A stretch of DNA of 41,776 bases, from positions 1 to 41,776 of the forward strand of contig CAZMPP010000001.1 of the NCBI GenBank assembly GCA_964568035.1, read 5' to 3'. Position 1 is the first letter of the stretch; the number at the start of each line of letters is the position of its first letter. Below are positions 36,478 to 41,776 of the stretch, piece after piece. Below the pieces are notes generated by a model. It was not told the origin of the DNA. It did no database searches and worked only from the letters and a program-made list of their open reading frames with translations. Both the position numbers and the translations under genes were made by a program. The stretch comes from an uncultured bacterium. GTDB taxonomy: Bacteria; Vulcanimicrobiota; Vulcanimicrobiia; Vulcanimicrobiales; Vulcanimicrobiaceae.

Positions 36478-37753
36478 TCCGATCGAAACCGGCAAACGGA
36501 ACCAGCGCCGGCGGTAGGACGATCGTACCGTCGGCTTGTTGACCGTTCTCCAATAACGCGATCAGCGTGCGTCCCACCGCTAGTCCCGAGCCGTTGAGCG
36601 TATGGACGAGTTCGGGCTTGGCATCCGCGTCGCGACGGAAACGAATTGCGGCGCGGCGCGCCTGGAAATCGGTGCAGTTGGAACAGGAACTGATCTCTCG
36701 GTAGGAGTCGCTGCTCGGGACCCAGACTTCGATGTCGTACGTTTTGGCTGCATTGAAACCAATGTCGCCGGCACAGAGCGCGACCACACGATGCGGCAAC
36801 TCCAGCTCTTGCAGCAGCGATTCGGCGTCGCTCGTTAGAGTTTCGAGGGCCTCGAAAGACTCGTCGGGTTTGCTCAGCCAGACCAACTCGACTTTTTCGA
36901 ACTGGTGCTGGCGCATCAGACCGCGCGTATCTTTTCCAGCCGCCCCGGCTTCCTTGCGAAAGCACGGCGTACCGGCGGCGTATTTCTGCGGGAGCTCGCC
37001 GGCTTCAAGAATTTCGCCGCTGCGCAGCGCGGTGAGCGGTACCTCGCCGGTAGGTATCAGGAAGAGGCCGGCATCGAGGTCGGAAAACATCGCGTCGGCA
37101 AATTTGCTGAGTTGTCCGGTCGACCACATCGTCGCCCGCGAAACCAGCAACGGCGGCGCGATTTCAAGGTAGCCGCGCCGCTGGGCGCGATCGAAGAAGA
37201 AGGCTTCCAGTGCGCGCGATAGGCGGGCGCCCTCACCGGAGAGGATGGCGAAACGGCTTCCCGAGAGCTTCGCGGCGCGACCGAAATCGAGGATGCCGAG
37301 CTGCTCGCCAAGCTCCCAGTGCGGCCGAACCGGAAAGTCGAAAGCGCGCGGCTCTCCCCAGCGGCGCACCTCCACGTTGGAACCTTCGTCGGATCCGTCG
37401 GGAACCGAGTCGTCGACGAGGTTCGGCGTGTTGTCGAGCAGCGCGCGCAACGGCGAGTCTTCGTTGGTTACGGCGAGCCCGCCGGCACGCGCCTCGGCGC
37501 TGGCGATTTCCGACGAGAGGGCCTCGATCTTCGGCCGCAGCTCGCGCGCGGCGGCCGCTTTGTCGGAAGCCTTGCCGATCTCGGCGGAGAGGCGATTCTT
37601 CTCAGCCTTGGCACGCTCGGCGACGGTCAGCGCGGAGCGGTACTCCTCGTCATAGCGCAGAAGCTCGTCGACCGTCGACGGATCGAGACCGCGGCGACGC
37701 AACGCGCGCCGCACGCGTTCGGGATCGCGCCGAACGAGAGAAATATCCAACAT
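36458..37753 (-). CDS. serS: Seryl-tRNA synthetase
   Basis: MLDISLVRRDPE.. N terminus, coiled-coil arm, and class II motifs (FRKEAGAAGKDTRGL, GSGLAVGRTLIALLEN). An ATG five codons upstream (37768) is also possible. Confidence 0.95.
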   Translation of the reverse strand: MLDISLVRRDPERVRRALRRRGLDPSTVDELLRYDEEYRSALTVAERAKAEKNRLSAEIGKASDKAAAARELRPKIEALSSEIASAEARAGGLAVTNEDSPLRALLDNTPNLVDDSVPDGSDEGSNVEVRRWGEPRAFDFPVRPHWELGEQLGILDFGRAAKLSGSRFAILSGEGARLSRALEAFFFDRAQRRGYLEIAPPLLVSRATMWSTGQLSKFADAMFSDLDAGLFLIPTGEVPLTALRSGEILEAGELPQKYAAGTPCFRKEAGAAGKDTRGLMRQHQFEKVELVWLSKPDESFEALETLTSDAESLLQELELPHRVVALCAGDIGFNAAKTYDIEVWVPSSDSYREISSCSNCTDFQARRAAIRFRRDADAKPELVHTLNGSGLAVGRTLIALLENGQQADGTIVLPPALVPFAGFDRITKRLG

Positions 37754-37769
37754 GGAGAAGCGCGCCATT

Positions 37770-39020
37770 ATGCAGCCCGGAAATCCAGTCCTACCAGGGC
37801 GTGGGTTCGTGGCCGAAAGACTCCTCGCGCCCCGTCAAGCGATGGTGGCGTTTTTCGCGCGCGTCGAACTCGCCGTGCCGCAGACCGAACGAACGCCGCT
37901 GGCACACGCGTTAGGACGAATTTTGGCCGAGGACATCTGCGCCGACGAAGACTATCCGCGCGCGCCGCGCTCGGTCATGGACGGTTTTGCGATTGCCGCC
38001 GCCGACGTTCCCGGCGAACTTCCGATCGTGGGTGACGTTCGCATGGGTGAAGGGGCCGGTTCGGTGCTGCGCCGCGGAGCGGCGATGCGCATTCCCACCG
38101 GGGGAACGCTGCCGCCCGGAGCCGACGCGGTCGTACCCATCGAAGACGTGCGTCTCGAAGGTGAAGGGATCGTCGTTGGCGCGCCGGTTGCGATCGGCGA
38201 AAACGTGATCGAAACGGGCGCCGACATGCGCCGCGGCGAGACGGTCTTGTCGCCGGGGCGTCGCTTGCACGCGCCGGAGATCGGCGTGCTTGCGACGCTG
38301 GGTGTGACCAACGTTCCCGTTTACCGGCGTCCGGTCATCGCCGTGCTCTCGAGCGGCGACGAGCTCGTCGCTCCCCATCGGCGTCCGGTCGGGGGACAGA
38401 TCCGCGACTCCAACCGCTATGCCGTAGCGGCATCGCTCGAGCTTATGGGCGCGCAGCCGCGTCATTATCCGACGCTGCGCGATGAAGCCGACGAGTTTGA
38501 AGCGGCTCTCGATCGCGCCATCGACGAGTGCGACGCGGTCGTCGTAACGGGCGGCTCGTCGGTCGGCGAGCGCGATCGTCTTCCGCGTGCCGTCGAGGCC
38601 ATCGCGCGACCCGGCGTCGTGGTACACGGCCTGCGTCTCAAGCCGGGAAAGCCGACGCTCTTCGGCGCGCACGGCGCTAAGCCGATCGTCGGTTTGCCGG
38701 GGAATCCGACGTCGGCGCTGATGGTTCTCGAAGCGGTTGCGGCGCCGGTTATTGCGGCGCTGACCGGCGCGCCGATCGAGCCGGCGACGGTGAACGCGCA
38801 CTTGGCACAGCCGGCGCTCAGCCGCATCGGCTGGACTTGGTATATTCCCGTAGCGGTCCACGAAGATGGCGGACGGCTGCTCGCGGACCCATTGGCCCTG
38901 CGCTCCTTCTCGGTAAGCCTGACGGCGCGGGCCAACGGCTACGTCGTGATGGGCGAAGCGGAGGAAGAGTGGCCGGCCGCAACGCTCGTCACGGTTCACC
39001 GTTTCTTAGGAGGCTCATGA
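37770..39020 (+). CDS. moeA: Molybdopterin molybdenumtransferase MoeA
   Basis: ALGRILAEDI, MDGFA, IPTGG.LP.GADAVV, GGSSVGERD, PGKP and GLPGNP blocks. ATG 37770 lies 10 nt after GGAGAAG. ATG 37752 and GTG 37809 are alternatives. Confidence 0.9.
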   Translation: MQPGNPVLPGRGFVAERLLAPRQAMVAFFARVELAVPQTERTPLAHALGRILAEDICADEDYPRAPRSVMDGFAIAAADVPGELPIVGDVRMGEGAGSVLRRGAAMRIPTGGTLPPGADAVVPIEDVRLEGEGIVVGAPVAIGENVIETGADMRRGETVLSPGRRLHAPEIGVLATLGVTNVPVYRRPVIAVLSSGDELVAPHRRPVGGQIRDSNRYAVAASLELMGAQPRHYPTLRDEADEFEAALDRAIDECDAVVVTGGSSVGERDRLPRAVEAIARPGVVVHGLRLKPGKPTLFGAHGAKPIVGLPGNPTSALMVLEAVAAPVIAALTGAPIEPATVNAHLAQPALSRIGWTWYIPVAVHEDGGRLLADPLALRSFSVSLTARANGYVVMGEAEEEWPAATLVTVHRFLGGS

Positions 39021-40114
39021 TTCGTCCGACTCGCGCCGTCGAAGCGATACCTGAGATGACGCCGTTCGTCGGGCCGGAGCAGCTCATGCGCGAGCACGGT
39101 TTGCGCGAGCTGGTGCGGCTCGGCGCCAACGAGAGCGCCTTCGGTCCGTCGCCCAAAGCGATGCGCGCCATGAGCGACGAGCTGGAGCGCTTGGCTTGGT
39201 ACGGCGACCCCGAATCGCTCGATTTGCGCGATGCGCTCGCCGAGAAGCACGCTTGTCGCGCCGAGCAGATCGTGGTCGGCGCCGGCATCGACGATCTCAT
39301 GGGTTTGGCGGTGCGAGCTTTCGTTGGGCCCGGTGCGCCCGCGTTGACGACGCGCGGCACCTATCCCACGTTGATCTATCACGTCCTTGGATATGGTGGA
39401 ACGCCGGTCGAGGCACCCTATCGCGACGACGGTACGCCCGACTGCGACGCGCTGCTTTCGCTGGCGCGATCGCAGCCTACGCCGATCGTTTACCTGGCCA
39501 ATCCCGACAATCCGAGCGGGCGTTTTATTCCGCGGGACGACGTTGCGCGTTTCTATGAATCGCTGCCCGCCGGCACGCTGCTGCTCTTAGACGAAGCCTA
39601 CGCGGATTTCGTCGACGAGTCCGAGCTTTTACCGGCCGATTTTTCCGACCGCTTGATCCGGTTGCGCACCTTCTCCAAAGCCTACGGGATGGCCGGTGCG
39701 CGGATTGGTTACGCGTTGACGAGCGAGCGGAACGTGCGCGTCTTTCAAAAGATCCGGCTGCACTATGGGATAAACCGCAACGCGCAGGTCGGAGCGCTGT
39801 CGTCGCTCGAGGACGACGAGTTCCGGCAGTACGTCGTGGAGCAGACGGCTCGGGCGCGCGATGACTACTATCGCATCGCGCGCGAATTAAGCTGCCGTTA
39901 CGTCGAGTCGGCGACCAACTTCGTCTGCATCGACTTCGAAACGCGCGAGCGCGCCGTGCGGGTGATGAACGAGCTCCTTCGCCGAGGGGTTTGGGTACGC
40001 AAGCCCGGCGCGCCGCCGCTCGACTCGTGCATTCGCGTGAGCGCGGGAACCGAGCCGATGCGCCGTGCTTTCGAATCGGCGTTGCGCGCCGTGCTCGAGG
40101 AGGCCGCGGCTTAG
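39017..40114 (+). CDS. hisC: Histidinol-phosphate aminotransferase family (class II PLP aminotransferase)
   Basis: ATG overlaps the moeA TGA (ATGA) and follows AGGAGG. LDEAYADF and the PLP-lysine block TFSKAYGMAGARIGYA. Confidence 0.8.
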   Translation: MIRPTRAVEAIPEMTPFVGPEQLMREHGLRELVRLGANESAFGPSPKAMRAMSDELERLAWYGDPESLDLRDALAEKHACRAEQIVVGAGIDDLMGLAVRAFVGPGAPALTTRGTYPTLIYHVLGYGGTPVEAPYRDDGTPDCDALLSLARSQPTPIVYLANPDNPSGRFIPRDDVARFYESLPAGTLLLLDEAYADFVDESELLPADFSDRLIRLRTFSKAYGMAGARIGYALTSERNVRVFQKIRLHYGINRNAQVGALSSLEDDEFRQYVVEQTARARDDYYRIARELSCRYVESATNFVCIDFETRERAVRVMNELLRRGVWVRKPGAPPLDSCIRVSAGTEPMRRAFESALRAVLEEAAA

Positions 40115-40118
40115 GCCG

Positions 40119-40844
40119 ATGCGCTACGCGATCTTCTCCGACGTCCACGGAAATCTGGAGTCGCTCGAACGCGCGCTGGCGCTGACGGCGGAAGGCGACG
40201 CTATCGTTTCGCTTGGCGACGTCGTCGGTTACGGGCCGAATCCGAACGAGTGCGTGGCGACGCTGGCGACTCGCTCCAGCCACGCCGTTTTGGGCAATCA
40301 CGACTTGGCCGCAGTTGAGAATTTCGGGGTCGAGCACTTTAATCGTGCCGCTCGCACGGCGATCGGATGGACGCAGGGCGTGCTCGACGAGAGCAGCCGG
40401 CAGTGGCTGAATGCGCTGCCGTACGAACTGCGGTTTCCCGATTTTCTGCTGGTGCACGGAGCCCCGGTGAACTATTTTGAATATATCCTCGACAAAGCTA
40501 CCGCGGCGAGCGCCTTCGACCGTACCGACGCTGCGATTGTCTTCGTCGGCCACACGCACATCGCGGAGTACTGGACGCGCGACGCGGACGGGGCGATCGG
40601 ACACAAGCATATGCAGCACGGTGGTTCCCTGCAGCTGGAGCCGGATAAGCGCTACATCATCGACGTGGGCAGCGTCGGACAGCCGCGCGATCTCAACCCC
40701 TTGGCCTCGTTCGTGCTCTACGATGCCGACCAACGCAGCGTGGAGTGGATCCGCTACGAGTATCCGATCGAAACGGTGCAGAAAAAGATGCGCGAGGCGG
40801 GCCTGCCGGCCTATCTCGTCGACCGCCTGAGCGCGGGACGATGA
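40119..40844 (+). CDS. Metallophosphoesterase (YfcE/MJ0936-like)
   Basis: MRYAIFSDVHGN, GDVVGYGP, GNHD, LVHG and GHTH motifs. The ATG lies 4 nt after the upstream TAG. Confidence 0.85.
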   Translation: MRYAIFSDVHGNLESLERALALTAEGDAIVSLGDVVGYGPNPNECVATLATRSSHAVLGNHDLAAVENFGVEHFNRAARTAIGWTQGVLDESSRQWLNALPYELRFPDFLLVHGAPVNYFEYILDKATAASAFDRTDAAIVFVGHTHIAEYWTRDADGAIGHKHMQHGGSLQLEPDKRYIIDVGSVGQPRDLNPLASFVLYDADQRSVEWIRYEYPIETVQKKMREAGLPAYLVDRLSAGR

Positions 40845-41287
40845 GCGACGTACCCTTTGACGATGGAAACTGTTTTGCATGCGGTCCAACCAATCCGATC
40901 GGCATGCATATTCACTTCGACCGGAACCCCGATGCGGACGGCGTCCGGGCGCGGGTTACGTTGGCCCCGGAGTATCAAGGGTGGCGCGGCATCGCGCACG
41001 GCGGCATCGTGATGGCCCTCTTAGACGAAGCGATGGCCCACGCTGCGGGTTTTGCCGGGCATCGCGGCGTCACCGCCTCGGTGAACGTGCGCTTCCGCAA
41101 GCCCGTTCCGCTCGAAGTACCGGTCGACGTGCTCGGCAACGTAACGTGGCAGCGGCGCAACGTGCTCGGCGTAAACGCGCGCATCGTGGACGGCGCCGGC
41201 ACGTTGCTGGCACAGGCCGAGGGCAGCTTCGTTTCGCGCGGCCGCCTCGATGCAGTTGACGACCGCCGGAATCCGAACGCTCGATGA
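40841..41287 (+). CDS. PaaI-family hotdog-fold thioesterase
   Basis: ATGA overlap with the upstream gene. CFACGP..NP.G and HGGIVMALLDEAM blocks. Confidence 0.8.
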   Translation: MSDVPFDDGNCFACGPTNPIGMHIHFDRNPDADGVRARVTLAPEYQGWRGIAHGGIVMALLDEAMAHAAGFAGHRGVTASVNVRFRKPVPLEVPVDVLGNVTWQRRNVLGVNARIVDGAGTLLAQAEGSFVSRGRLDAVDDRRNPNAR

Positions 41288-41721
41288 CCGTTATCGACAA
41301 CCGCCGCGCGCGTTTTGAGTACGAGATCCTCGAATCGGTCGAAGCGGGTTTAGTGCTCACCGGCACCGAGGTCAAAGCGGTTCGCGGCGGCGGGGCGAGT
41401 TTGAGTGAAGCCTATGCGCGCATTCGTGACGGCGAAGCGTGGCTCGTCGGCATGCACATCCCGCCGTACCAGCAGGGCAGCTTCTCGAACTCCGAGCCGC
41501 GCCGTCCGCGCAAACTTTTACTCCATAAGGAAGAGATCACGCGTCTGCAGAGCCGCGTTGCCGAGAAAGGGCTGACCATCGTACCGCTGCGCCTTTACTT
41601 CACGCGCGGCATCGCCAAGGTGCAACTCGGCGTAGCGCGCGGGAAAAAACTCTGGGACAAGCGCGCCGCCGACGCCGAGCGCGACGTCGAGCGCGAGATC
41701 GCGGCGCACGTGCGCCGGTGA
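41284..41721 (+). CDS. smpB: SsrA-binding protein SmpB
   Basis: ATGA overlap with the upstream gene. NRRARFEYEI, GTEVKA.R, and RRPRKLLLHKEEI..L followed by a basic tail. Confidence 0.95.
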   Translation: MTVIDNRRARFEYEILESVEAGLVLTGTEVKAVRGGGASLSEAYARIRDGEAWLVGMHIPPYQQGSFSNSEPRRPRKLLLHKEEITRLQSRVAEKGLTIVPLRLYFTRGIAKVQLGVARGKKLWDKRAADAERDVEREIAAHVRR

Positions 41722-41776
41722 GAGGCGCGCGGCCCGAACGCGAGATCGAACGGGCCATCGAAACCGGCGGCATCAT

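Noticed and set aside
41718-41776. Open frame starting with a GTG that overlaps the smpB stop (MRGARPEREIERAIETGGI..), and the expectation of an ssrA/tmRNA gene after smpB.
   Set aside because: Only 19 codons are visible before the window ends, too few to call a CDS. The sequence does not resemble a tmRNA 5' end.

Overview
This is a gene-dense 41.8-kb stretch of a high-GC bacterial chromosome. Hand counts of single 60-nt lines give 33/60 GC at 10501-10560 and 40/60 at 29101-29160. I support about 44 protein-coding genes, two of them apparently inactivated, plus one tRNA-Ser(UGA), one clear intrinsic terminator and a few candidate operator or hairpin sites. I saw no rRNA, CRISPR array, transposase, integrase or phage genes. 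Housekeeping genes are thrC-like, serS, moeA, hisC-like and smpB. They are interleaved with accessory genes that mostly encode secreted proteins or lipoproteins, and many show lipobox motifs. The accessory set has a redox and metal theme: two multicopper oxidases, two c-type cytochromes, a ZIP-type permease domain, a PQQ-like propeller, a MacAB-type efflux operon with its own two-component system, and a DUF2249-Crp/FNR regulator. The strongest candidate for something undescribed is the 625-aa ORF at 24153-26030. It fuses a secreted two-domain multicopper oxidase in frame to an eight-helix ZIP metal permease, a possible single-chain oxidase-permease analogous to Fet3/Ftr1. Its promoter region is unusually AT-rich and rich in repeats. 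Other points worth a second look: a multicopper oxidase fused to an FG-GAP propeller and paired with a TsdA-like dihaem cytochrome; a lower-GC block of four secreted-protein genes, one broken by an in-frame TAA; a lipoprotein family with two clear paralogs plus that distant TAA-interrupted relative; a decayed tauD whose 3' end is overprinted by the only canonical start of the downstream permease; a DUF4242-adenylate cyclase fusion; and a DUF2249-Crp fusion. All family names come from motif recognition by eye. No HMM or BLAST search was possible, so they are hypotheses to confirm.
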